Assembly (NCBI GenBank): GCA_021201175.1 | Contig: JAJQFK010000225.1 | Location: 1-32,411, forward strand | Reading direction: 5' to 3' | DNA length: 32,411 nt | Source: Candidatus Gastranaerophilales bacterium | GTDB lineage: Bacteria > Cyanobacteriota > Vampirovibrionia > Gastranaerophilales > Gastranaerophilaceae | Shown here: piece after piece, positions 15,712 to 24,950 of the stretch | Numbering within the stretch: the stretch's first letter is position 1 | Layout of the letters: every line of letters starts with the position of its first letter | Notes under the pieces: generated by a model | Seen by the model: the letters and a program-made list of their open reading frames with translations, nothing else | The model's database searches: none | Told to the model about the DNA's origin: nothing | Made by a program: the position numbers and the translations under genes

Positions 15712-17157
15712 CTACACTATTGCGTTTTCTATACGATATTTAACTTTTTCCTTCCCGAGTACATCAAGTATTACACCCATATCAGCCCCATGGGTTCTTC
15801 CCGTCAATGCCGCTCTTACAGTCCACATGGTTTCTTTTGGTTTGATAGAAAATTGTTCTTTAAAATAAGTTCTAAATTCTGCAAGCTGTTCATGGAGTTT
15901 TTCTTCATTATTAAAATCGTAACTGTCTAATTGTTCATAAAAATATTTTAATATGTTTTGAGCCTGCTCTGTATCTATATTTTTTTCTTTTACGCCATCT
16001 TCATATTCAATATCCTTACCAAAGAAATAAGCAGTGTCATAAGTTAAATCAGAAAGAATTGTAATAGGTTCACGTGTAGCGGCAATAACTTTTTCAAGTT
16101 GTTCTTCCGTTAATTCGTTCAGATTATATTTTGTAAGAAACGGTTTAGCTTTTTCCGTAAGTTCTTTAATATCCATTTTTTTGATGTACTGACCGTTCAT
16201 CCAGTTTAGTTTATCATATTCAAAAACAGAATTTGAAGAAGATATTTCATGAATTCTGAAATCAGATGCTATTTGTTCAAGAGTTTTAATTTCCACTCCG
16301 TCGGAAGGCGACCAGCCTAAAAGCGCAACAAAATTCAAAAGCGCCTCAGTCAAATATCCTTTTTCAACGAATTCCGAAACGGCTGTTGCTCCGTGTCTTT
16401 TTGATAATTTACTTCTATCGGGAGCAAGTATCATTCCTAAATGACCGAATTTAGGAACTTCTGCTCCAAGTGCATTATAAATCATTATCTGTTTTGCTGT
16501 ATTTGAAATATGGTCTTCACCTCTTATTATATGAGATATTTTCATCTCCATATCATCTATTACTACAGCAAAGTTGTAGGTAGGTGTCCCGTTTGATTTC
16601 ATTATTACAAAATCACCGATAAGTGAATTATCAAATTTTAGTTCACCTTTAACCATATCATCATATTTTGTTTCGCCTTGAGGAACTTTAAATCTTATAG
16701 AAGGTACTCTGCCTTCAGCTCTTAGCTTTGCTTTTTCGGCTTCTGTCAGATTTTTACATTTACCTGAATACATGTGCGGTTTTTTATTTTTTATTGATTC
16801 CTCTTTTTCGGCTTCAAGTTCTTCCGGAGTACAGAAACATTCATAAGCATATCCCATTTCAACAAGTTTTTTTGCATATTTAGGATAGATATCAAATCGC
16901 TGTGACTGCTGATAAGGTCCGTAATTACCGCCAACATCGGGACCTTCATCCCAATTTAATCCCAATGCTTTTAAACTGTCATAAATATTTTGCGTATATG
17001 CTGCATTAGAACGCTCCAAATCAGTATCTTCAATTCTTAAAACAAATTTACCGTTATTTTTTTTGGCAAATAAATAATTAAATAAAGCAGTTCTTGCTGT
17101 TCCGATATGCAGATTACCGCTTGGCGACGGTGCGATTCTTACTCTTATATCTTCCAT
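15712..17157 (-). CDS. gltX: glutamyl-tRNA synthetase
   Basis: 481 aa. RIAPSPSGNLHIGTARTALFNY (HIGH motif) and KLSKRHG (KMSKS motif), class I GluRS architecture. Confidence 0.9.
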   Translation of the reverse strand: MEDIRVRIAPSPSGNLHIGTARTALFNYLFAKKNNGKFVLRIEDTDLERSNAAYTQNIYDSLKALGLNWDEGPDVGGNYGPYQQSQRFDIYPKYAKKLVEMGYAYECFCTPEELEAEKEESIKNKKPHMYSGKCKNLTEAEKAKLRAEGRVPSIRFKVPQGETKYDDMVKGELKFDNSLIGDFVIMKSNGTPTYNFAVVIDDMEMKISHIIRGEDHISNTAKQIMIYNALGAEVPKFGHLGMILAPDRSKLSKRHGATAVSEFVEKGYLTEALLNFVALLGWSPSDGVEIKTLEQIASDFRIHEISSSNSVFEYDKLNWMNGQYIKKMDIKELTEKAKPFLTKYNLNELTEEQLEKVIAATREPITILSDLTYDTAYFFGKDIEYEDGVKEKNIDTEQAQNILKYFYEQLDSYDFNNEEKLHEQLAEFRTYFKEQFSIKPKETMWTVRAALTGRTHGADMGVILDVLGKEKVKYRIENAIV

Positions 17158-17338
17158 TTTTATTCTCCGTTTTTACTAATATTATAATTTTAAAACAAAA
17201 AAAATACTCATACAATTATTTACATCGTATAACTTAGTTTAATTCTTGTAATAAACGTAACAGTATCACTGCACGGAGTTTTGGAATCTTTTGTTATAAA
17301 TGTCCGGGAAACTTTTTGAAAAAGTATTTTTTTGAAAT

Positions 17339-17845
17339 TTATACAGATAATTTTTGGATTTTATAAATTAAATCAGTCAGTTCTCTCACGGCGCCCCTGC
17401 CGCCTCTTTTTGCCGAAATAAAATGACAAATATCTTTAACTTCATTTACGGCGTCACTAGGGCAGCATGCAAAGCCTACTTCTTTTAAAACACATATATC
17501 CGGCAAATCATCACCCATATATGCAACTTGCGAGGCATCAAGATTATATTCCGCAAGCAATTCTCTTAATGCAATAATTTTATGTTTTTGCCCCATATAA
17601 AGTTTTGTCATGCCCAAATTATTGAATCTATGCTTTACAACCGCACTTTCACGAGCTGTAATAATTGCGGTAATAATACCCGCTTTCGTTATCATCACAA
17701 TGCCCTGACCATCTTTAGCATTGAATGTTTTGTATTCAATACCCTTATCATCATAAGTAATACTTCCGTCTGTCATAACGCCGTCAACATCAAAGACAAC
17801 CATCTTAATTTTAGCTGCTCTATTTCGTAATTCTATATTAAACAT
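17339..17845 (-). CDS. kdsC: 3-deoxy-D-manno-octulosonate 8-phosphate phosphatase (HAD family)
   Basis: 168 aa. FDVDGVMTDG motif, ...GDDLPD..., typical KdsC size, translationally coupled to kdsD (TAATG overlap). Confidence 0.8.
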   Translation of the reverse strand: MFNIELRNRAAKIKMVVFDVDGVMTDGSITYDDKGIEYKTFNAKDGQGIVMITKAGIITAIITARESAVVKHRFNNLGMTKLYMGQKHKIIALRELLAEYNLDASQVAYMGDDLPDICVLKEVGFACCPSDAVNEVKDICHFISAKRGGRGAVRELTDLIYKIQKLSV

Positions 17846-18843
17846 TATGCTACTCCTGCTCTTAATAAATCATGAATATGTAAAATCCCTATAGGCGAGT
17901 TATTTTCATCACATACCGCAAGTGAAGTAATTGAATATTTTTCCATTAAAGCCAATGCTTTAGAAGCCATATCAGCGCCTGATATCACTTTTGGATTTCT
18001 GGTCATTACCATCTTATTAGAAAGTATAGATACATCCGGATATCTTAATAAGACCCTTCTTATATCTCCATCTGTAATAAGTCCGGTTAATTTATTATCG
18101 GAATTGACAATAAGCGCACACCCTAATCTTTTTTTCGATATCAAATCAACTGTTTCAAGGAACGTATCATCTTCATGAGCTATTGGTAACAAAGATTTAT
18201 CTTTAAGCATTAAATCTTTGACTATATACAATACACCTTTTCCTAAAGTTCCCGATGGATGGTACAATAGAAAATCCTCTGTTGAAAATCCGCGTTTCTT
18301 TAGTAGACATACTGCCAGTGCATCACCCATTGCAAGAGTTGCCGTAGTACTCGCTGTAGGCGCCTTTCCAAGCGGGCATGCTTCTTTTTCCACGGAAGTA
18401 TCAAAATATACATCACTGCACCGTCCGAGTGTCGAATTTTTATTACCTGCAAACACTATCAACGGCACTTCAAATCTCTTTATTAACGGTAGAAGATTCA
18501 ATAATTCTGTCGTTTCACCGCTGTTTGATATGGCAATTACAACATCTTCCCTTGTTATTATACCGGAATCACCATGCGTACTTTCTGCCGGATGAAGAAA
18601 ATATGACGGAGTTCCTGTTGATGATAGTGTTGCCGCTATTTTTCTTCCTATTAATCCTGATTTACCCATACCCGTTACAATAACTCTGCCTTTTGAAGCA
18701 ATTATTATTGATATTGCTTCTTCTAAATTATTGTTAATACGGTCTTTTAGTTTTAATATAGAATCTGATTCTATTTGAAAAACTTCTTTCGCTAATTCTA
18801 ACATTGTTGATTTTTGTATAATTTCCAATTCTAAACCTTCCAT
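17845..18843 (-). CDS. kdsD: arabinose-5-phosphate isomerase (SIS domain plus tandem CBS)
   Basis: 332 aa. VTGMGKSGLIGRKIAATLSSTGTPS... and ISNSGET (SIS domain), with a C-terminal CBS pair. Confidence 0.85.
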   Translation of the reverse strand: MEGLELEIIQKSTMLELAKEVFQIESDSILKLKDRINNNLEEAISIIIASKGRVIVTGMGKSGLIGRKIAATLSSTGTPSYFLHPAESTHGDSGIITREDVVIAISNSGETTELLNLLPLIKRFEVPLIVFAGNKNSTLGRCSDVYFDTSVEKEACPLGKAPTASTTATLAMGDALAVCLLKKRGFSTEDFLLYHPSGTLGKGVLYIVKDLMLKDKSLLPIAHEDDTFLETVDLISKKRLGCALIVNSDNKLTGLITDGDIRRVLLRYPDVSILSNKMVMTRNPKVISGADMASKALALMEKYSITSLAVCDENNSPIGILHIHDLLRAGVA

Positions 18844-18899
18844 AAACCATATTAATGATTATACAATAATATTATTATAAAATGAAATGAAAAAACAAA

Positions 18900-20774
18900 A
18901 TGAAACAAAATTATCAATTTAAGAATAAAAGAAATAAACAATTACTAAAAACAAATCTCTCTTTTTTTATTATAGTGATATTTATCAATGTAGTTTTATG
19001 TTTGTTAACAGGTTTAAATAAAGACATCTTTTTTGTTCTGTGTGTAGTAGTTACCTCAGTACTATTTATTATTTATAACCAGATACTGCGTTCAATTATA
19101 AATTCTAATTGGACATGGATAAAAGACGAATACAATAATACAAACTATCCCGCAATTATTGGCAGTTTCTTTATACTTTTATTTATTATTCTAATTTTTA
19201 CTTTAATTTTTCTTTTATATATCAACCCTGATGCATTTTCAATAACATTTTTAGTGCCCCTGTTTACCAAAATACTCACAATGCTTATTCCGTCCGGTAT
19301 TTTTCTTGTATACATATTCCTTATTATTCCGGCATTTATACTGCCTTCTTTAAAAGAAAAGAAACATAATATTAGTTTTATTAGAAAAATTGTTTATGCT
19401 GTATTATTTTTAGTTATTTTAATTTGTACAGCAGACTTAATTTCAAAAATACAAAATGCCGGCGAAATTCAAAATAAAGATAAATATAAAACAACGATAA
19501 TGCGAATAAAGTATTCTGAAAATCATTTAAAATACACAGATATCAGTGATGATACAAAATATAAATTAAATAGAGAAAGTGCAAATATCCCGTATTTATA
19601 TACAGTAGATAGTTTTATCTTTGATGATTGGGAAAGTGCTAAATCTTTTTGCGAATCTCTAAATGCAAGAATACCAAATTATTTGGAAATTTATTATATA
19701 GTATTCAATAAATTTGAAACAATTGGGGATAAATACTACTGGACAAATAATTTCGCGGGGAAATATAACATTCTTTTGCATTTTAAAAATATGACTTATG
19801 AACTTATAAAAAATACCGGCGAGGAAAAATCTCCCATTTTGTATTGTGTGTCCAATATTCCAGAAGATTCAAGCAGGGTAAAAAATAAATATTTATATAA
19901 AACACCCCGATACTCTGTAAACGGCAATACTTCAATTCATGGTGATATTTCAACCAATGGCGCTATTCAAATAGATACCCCTGAAATTAATTATGACGGT
20001 ACAACCGAGATTAAAACCGGAGAAATACACTCTAAAGGAACGGTTAAAACGGGAGGTTCCGTTAATGTTGACACAAATACTGCCGATGAGCGGAAATATA
20101 TAAATTTCAGTATTAAATTTGTTAATGAAAAAAAATTTAATGAGCTTCTTGAATACGGATATTATTATAATCCCGACACACAGGCAAACCCGTACTATGA
20201 AACTTCAACAGAAACACTTAATAATAAACTTCAAACAGAAAAAGACAATGACAAAAATATAATAAGAATGTGTTATTATCCGTTTACAAACTACGGTAAT
20301 TTAACACTTCAAAATGAAAAACAAATATGGCAGCAAAGTTTTTGCAGTCCGGCTTATGAAATTATTAATACCACTCCCGTACTTAAAACAAATTCCGAAA
20401 AAGAGCAATATTGTGCTTCGCTTGGCGGCAGGCTGCCAAATATACCGGAACTTAGTTCTATACTGAAAATTTACGGATTAAATTCCGTAGGAATAAAATA
20501 TTGGACCAATAATAAAATCTCTGTAGAGAAAAAATATTTTCAAAGTTCGATAGCCCTATATTATTCAGATATAAGATTTGTTGAAACAGCCGCATTTGAA
20601 CAGGCTTCAAAAGAAACCGCATACACCTTCTGTATAAAAAACACTTCCCCCTCTTCAAATACCATTGCGAATTATTCCTCAAGATTCAAAGGTGAAAACG
20701 GAAGTTATTATGCAAAGATGATATGTCCATCATGCCGTTATGTGGAAATGCCTGATACTATTTTGCAAAAATAA
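18900..20774 (+). CDS. polytopic membrane protein with two extracytoplasmic DUF1566/C-type-lectin-like modules
   Basis: 624 aa. About 5-6 hydrophobic helices in residues 20-180. Module 1 is at ~235-318 (DDWESAKSFCESLNARIPNYLEIYY...YYWTNN...LYCVSN). Module 2 is at ~495-581 (EKEQYCASLGGRLPNIPELSSIL...KYWTNN...YTFCIKN). A G/T/I-rich linker lies between them. Confidence 0.6.
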   Translation: MKQNYQFKNKRNKQLLKTNLSFFIIVIFINVVLCLLTGLNKDIFFVLCVVVTSVLFIIYNQILRSIINSNWTWIKDEYNNTNYPAIIGSFFILLFIILIFTLIFLLYINPDAFSITFLVPLFTKILTMLIPSGIFLVYIFLIIPAFILPSLKEKKHNISFIRKIVYAVLFLVILICTADLISKIQNAGEIQNKDKYKTTIMRIKYSENHLKYTDISDDTKYKLNRESANIPYLYTVDSFIFDDWESAKSFCESLNARIPNYLEIYYIVFNKFETIGDKYYWTNNFAGKYNILLHFKNMTYELIKNTGEEKSPILYCVSNIPEDSSRVKNKYLYKTPRYSVNGNTSIHGDISTNGAIQIDTPEINYDGTTEIKTGEIHSKGTVKTGGSVNVDTNTADERKYINFSIKFVNEKKFNELLEYGYYYNPDTQANPYYETSTETLNNKLQTEKDNDKNIIRMCYYPFTNYGNLTLQNEKQIWQQSFCSPAYEIINTTPVLKTNSEKEQYCASLGGRLPNIPELSSILKIYGLNSVGIKYWTNNKISVEKKYFQSSIALYYSDIRFVETAAFEQASKETAYTFCIKNTSPSSNTIANYSSRFKGENGSYYAKMICPSCRYVEMPDTILQK

Positions 20775-20781
20775 TTGTTAG

Positions 20782-20838
20782 ATATAAAAAAATGAGCGCA
20801 ACTTTTTGTTAACCCTCATTTTTATTATACATATTTAT
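20782..20838. terminator. terminator-like hairpin element, copy 1 (imperfect stem)
   Basis: AATGAGcg...ccCTCATT (20791-20820) followed by TTTTATT. It is ~90% identical over ~56 nt to copy 2. Confidence 0.45.
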
Positions 20839-20915
20839 AGACACGTAGAATATTATACTCAACTTGTCAGTTAAACACTTTCGGGCAACTGTCTTTGAGA
20901 GGAGCGGATTTTTAT

Positions 20916-20971
20916 TATATAAAAAATGAGGGCAGCTTTTTGTTAACCCTCATTTTTATTTTACATATTTA
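20916..20971. terminator. bidirectional intrinsic terminator, copy 2 (perfect 8-bp stem)
   Basis: AAAAAATGAGGG-(14 nt)-CCCTCATTTTT (stem 20925-20932 / 20947-20954), flanked by an A-run and a T-run, between the convergent 624-aa gene and rpoC2. Confidence 0.6.
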
Positions 20972-20991
20972 ATCCGATTTTAGACAAATAA

Positions 20992-23900
20992 TTATTCAAT
21001 TGTATAATCAGTCAATTCCGGAGTCCCAAACATGCCTTCAATTTCTTCAAGAATAGCAGATGGTTTTCTTGCATTATTCTTTTCAGCAGCACGCTTTTGG
21101 GCTTCTCTGTCTTTTTCTTCCGACGCATTTGTTAAATGGTAAAAACCTGTACCTGCCGGTATCAAACGACCTATAATTACGTTTTCTTTTAACCCTCTTA
21201 ATAAGTCGCGTTTACCCTCAACAGCCGCTTCTGTTAGTATTCTTGTTGTTTCCTGGAAGGATGCGGCAGAAATAAAGCTTTCTGTATTCAAGCTTGCTTT
21301 TGTTATACCAAGCAATACAGATTCGTATGTCGCTTCTTGTCCGCCTGCTGCTTTGACATCTTCATTTTCTTTACGGACAATCTTATATTCCAAAAACTCT
21401 CCCGGAAGAAGTTTTGTATCTCCGGATTCAAGAACCTTAACCTTCTTCGTCATTTGTCTTACTATTACTTCAACGTGTTTATCCGCAATTTCAACACCCT
21501 GTGAACGATATACTCTTTGTACTTCATCTACTAAGTATTGTTGTGCAGCCTCAACACCATTTAATCTGATTACATCATGAGGATTTAAAGGCCCGCCGGT
21601 TAATGGTTGTCCAATCTTTATTTTTTGACCGTTTGCAACAATTATATTTGAATCTATTGAGAATTTTACTTCTTGTCTGCCTAAATCACCATTCAAATAC
21701 AATCTTGGAACATCGTCCTCAATCTCAATTTCCGCTGTACCTGAATATTCGGCTACAACAGCAGAATCCTTCGGTTTTCTTGCTTCCAACAGTTCTTCTA
21801 CACGCGGTAAACCTTGAACGATATCACCGGTTTTTTGTCTTTCAAATACTAATGTAGCAATCATATCACCTCTGTTTACAAGCGAACCGTTTACAACTTG
21901 AAGCATTGTTCCGGGGCTTATTAAATAAGGTCTGCCGACTCTCAAAGTTATCGAATTTGATGATGTATCAACAACTATACCGGATAATGAAGAAGTTTCT
22001 CCTCCGGTTGATATAACGTCATCCATTTTTACTAAATCACCGTTTTTTACAACCGGTTTTGATTTTAGGTCTACCTTTGTTTCATAATTACCCGAAACTA
22101 AAAGCAATCTTCTTACATCTGCATTATTATCTTTTATACTTGCAACAGCATCACTTATAGCAAGTACCTGAGTCTTAGCTACAGGTGTTTTCGGCTCTAT
22201 TATCTCACCGTCGGAAACCAATAGTTCTGTTTGCATAGAAGCGGATGTCTTTGAAGCATTGTCACCTTCTCTCCTTACAATCAGTGTTTCAATAACAACA
22301 ATTTTTAAATTGTTATTTTCATCAAGTTCAACCTGTCCTTTTAAATGACTTAAATATGCATCCATTTGAAGAACAAGGCTTGTTCTTGTCAATACTCCGC
22401 CATCTAAGTTTCTTACTCTTGCTCCGTCTTTGTATTGAAGCTGCGTAACAGGAACCAATGCTATTGCTTCATCTGTTGAGTTGAATCTTATTGAAACGTC
22501 TTTTGTATCTATACTGAATTTCTGAACGGGTCTTACAAGTATTTGTATAGGTTGATTTGAAATAGTTTTTTCATCAATTGTTGCAACACCTAAATCTTCT
22601 TCCAAATCATCAATTTCAATATTATCTTTATCATTATCTAAAATGGTAACAATTGAGTCCTCTTTAGCTTTAATATTTGGTGCTATTTCAGTTCCCGCAG
22701 TTACAAACTCGCCTTCATCAACTTTTAATTCGCCAATGCCGTTTAAGTTATATATTTCTCCGGGTCTGATTACTACTTCATGTATTAAATCATTAAACTC
22801 TTTTATTTCTACAATACCGTCGATATGTGCATACAAGTCTTTTACAACTTCTGTTCCGGCTGTAACAAATGTTCCCGATTCTACCATTTTTAATGCGGAA
22901 TCTTTGTTAATTTGATGGATTTCATCAGGAATAAATATTACTTCTCCGGGTTTTGTTATAATTTGATTTTCATCAACTTCAACACCGTTGTATCTAATCT
23001 CACCACTTGAAGGAACCGTATATTCTTCATCAAGTAATTCAGCAATTATCATACCGCTTTCAACTACCGTATCAACAGGAGCTTTAACAATATATTTTTC
23101 GCCGGTTTCTTCAACTGTCCATATCTGTTCCTTCTTTGTTTGTTCAAATTTCGCATTTGCTGCGGATAGTGAAGCAATAACAATTGTTAATTCCTTACCT
23201 TGAACAATTTTCTTGATTTTTTTACCGTCATACTTAACATCTTCAAGTACAAGATTATCACCAATTCTAACCTCGCCGCCGTGTTCAGATATAACGTGGA
23301 TTTCAGCAAGTTTTTCACCTTCTTTAACGGCTTTACCGTCCTCAACCAGTATAGTTGAGCCTCCGGGCAGATTATATACATCACCGCCAAGTACCCAAAC
23401 AATACCATTTTTACTTGCTGTTCTTGAAATATTTCCCTGTCTGTCTTTCTTTTCATCAGCAACAAAGTCTTCAAATAATATTTCGCCTGACAAATCAGAT
23501 GTAATATCTTTTGTGGCTTTTTCTGTTAAACGGCTTCCGTCGCCGCCTGATGAAGGTTCATATACTGCAATTTTGTCGCCTTTTTTTATTTCCTGTCCTT
23601 CGTGAACATATAAAATTGCACCGGAAGGAATATGGTATTTCTTTGTTTTAGAGTCAGATTTAACTTCCATATCTGATTCCTGAACTGTAATTGCAACATT
23701 ATCACCGTGTCTTGTTCTTAAATCTCTTGTAAAGATTTTAGTAGCCACAATACCATCGATATCTGCAATAATTTCTTTCATTGCACCGGCGCCCTTAAAT
23801 ACACCGCCCGTATGGAATGTTCTCATCGTTAACTGTGTTCCGGGTTCCCCGATTGACTGTGCAGCTATAATACCGATTGCTTCTCCGACATCTACTAATT

Positions 23901-24843
23901 TTTGAGTGGTCATTGCCCAGCCGTAACATTTTTGGCATATTCCATACTCAAGTTCACATGTTAAAGGAGAGCGAACCAACAATTGATGTAAATCCAACGG
24001 TTTAATTTTTCTTATATCATTTCTGTCAATTGTTGTATTCGCAGGAATTATAACATTTCCATCTTTGTCTTTAATATCTTCTGCTATAGTTCTGCCTAAT
24101 AATCTTTCTGTTAACGGGGCAACAATCTTTTCACCGTCAGAAATGTCAGACATCATAATACCGTTTTTTGTACCGCAATCGTGGTCACGTATAATAACAT
24201 CTTGCGCAACGTCTACAAGACGTCTTGTCAAATATCCGGAGTCTGCTGTTTTTAAAGCGGTATCAACCAGTCCTTTTCTTGCTCCGTAAGATGATATGAT
24301 ATATTCGGTTACTGATAAGCCTTCTTTAAAGTTAGATTTGATAGGCAAGTCTATAATCTGCCCTTGCGCATCTGCCATCAAACCTCTCATACCTACCAAT
24401 TGCGATACCTGAGATAAATTACCTCTTGCACCTGAGAATGCCATCATATATACAGGATTTAATCTGTCAAAATTTTCTACTACTTTTTCAGTTAATTTAG
24501 AAGTTGTTTCCGACCAGGTATCTATTACTTTCGTATATCTTTCTACTTCTGTAATATCGCCTTTAAGATATCTGTGAGTAGATTTGTCTATTTCCTGTTC
24601 TGCTTCATTCAAAAGCTCTTTTTTATCAGCAGGTACTGATAAATCTGCAATAGAAATTGTTGTACCTGACTTAGTTGCATATCTATAACCCAAATTCTTT
24701 AGATTATCCGCAAGAGTAGCTGTTTTTGCACCGCCAAATTCCAGATAAACTTGTGCAAGCAGCTTGTTTATTGACTTTTTATTCATCTGTTCGTTGATGA
24801 AATCAAATGTCTTTTTTGTATTTTTATGTACTAATGTATCCAT
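20992..24843 (-). CDS. rpoC2: DNA-directed RNA polymerase subunit beta' (C-terminal half, cyanobacterial-type RpoC2)
   Basis: 1283 aa. Begins after the active-site half. Contains AFSGARGN, the bridge helix ...YGARKGLVDTALKTADSGYLTRRLVDV, GEPGTQLTMRTFHTGG (trigger loop), then ~650 aa, then GDIVQGLPRVEELLEAR, then ...LGITKASL...SFISAASFQETTRILTEAA. Confidence 0.95.
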   Translation of the reverse strand: MDTLVHKNTKKTFDFINEQMNKKSINKLLAQVYLEFGGAKTATLADNLKNLGYRYATKSGTTISIADLSVPADKKELLNEAEQEIDKSTHRYLKGDITEVERYTKVIDTWSETTSKLTEKVVENFDRLNPVYMMAFSGARGNLSQVSQLVGMRGLMADAQGQIIDLPIKSNFKEGLSVTEYIISSYGARKGLVDTALKTADSGYLTRRLVDVAQDVIIRDHDCGTKNGIMMSDISDGEKIVAPLTERLLGRTIAEDIKDKDGNVIIPANTTIDRNDIRKIKPLDLHQLLVRSPLTCELEYGICQKCYGWAMTTQKLVDVGEAIGIIAAQSIGEPGTQLTMRTFHTGGVFKGAGAMKEIIADIDGIVATKIFTRDLRTRHGDNVAITVQESDMEVKSDSKTKKYHIPSGAILYVHEGQEIKKGDKIAVYEPSSGGDGSRLTEKATKDITSDLSGEILFEDFVADEKKDRQGNISRTASKNGIVWVLGGDVYNLPGGSTILVEDGKAVKEGEKLAEIHVISEHGGEVRIGDNLVLEDVKYDGKKIKKIVQGKELTIVIASLSAANAKFEQTKKEQIWTVEETGEKYIVKAPVDTVVESGMIIAELLDEEYTVPSSGEIRYNGVEVDENQIITKPGEVIFIPDEIHQINKDSALKMVESGTFVTAGTEVVKDLYAHIDGIVEIKEFNDLIHEVVIRPGEIYNLNGIGELKVDEGEFVTAGTEIAPNIKAKEDSIVTILDNDKDNIEIDDLEEDLGVATIDEKTISNQPIQILVRPVQKFSIDTKDVSIRFNSTDEAIALVPVTQLQYKDGARVRNLDGGVLTRTSLVLQMDAYLSHLKGQVELDENNNLKIVVIETLIVRREGDNASKTSASMQTELLVSDGEIIEPKTPVAKTQVLAISDAVASIKDNNADVRRLLLVSGNYETKVDLKSKPVVKNGDLVKMDDVISTGGETSSLSGIVVDTSSNSITLRVGRPYLISPGTMLQVVNGSLVNRGDMIATLVFERQKTGDIVQGLPRVEELLEARKPKDSAVVAEYSGTAEIEIEDDVPRLYLNGDLGRQEVKFSIDSNIIVANGQKIKIGQPLTGGPLNPHDVIRLNGVEAAQQYLVDEVQRVYRSQGVEIADKHVEVIVRQMTKKVKVLESGDTKLLPGEFLEYKIVRKENEDVKAAGGQEATYESVLLGITKASLNTESFISAASFQETTRILTEAAVEGKRDLLRGLKENVIIGRLIPAGTGFYHLTNASEEKDREAQKRAAEKNNARKPSAILEEIEGMFGTPELTDYTIE

Positions 24844-24950
24844 ATTATTTTACCCTTATTCTTTATTTACGGAACCTAATCCGGTATTGCCTGTATTATT
24901 CGGCTGTTTCCCGCTAATTTAAGCCTGAAGCCGAAATTTATTACTCACAA

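Noticed and set aside
20791-20811. Six-codon mini-ORFs (MSATFC / MRAAFC) inside both terminator repeat copies
   Set aside because: They are too short, have no RBS at the right spacing in copy 1, and the sequence is fully explained by the hairpin arms.
21353-24289. Several plus-strand ORFs (for example 22643..22915 and 23213..23605) and the minus-strand out-of-frame ORF 23187..23474 inside rpoC2. The same applies to 26059..26268, 26696..26977 and 27474..27674 in rpoC1/rpoB, and to 31133..31504 and 31468..31719 inside the haemagglutinin gene.
   Set aside because: These are shadow ORFs inside highly conserved or clearly coding genes, with no independent support.
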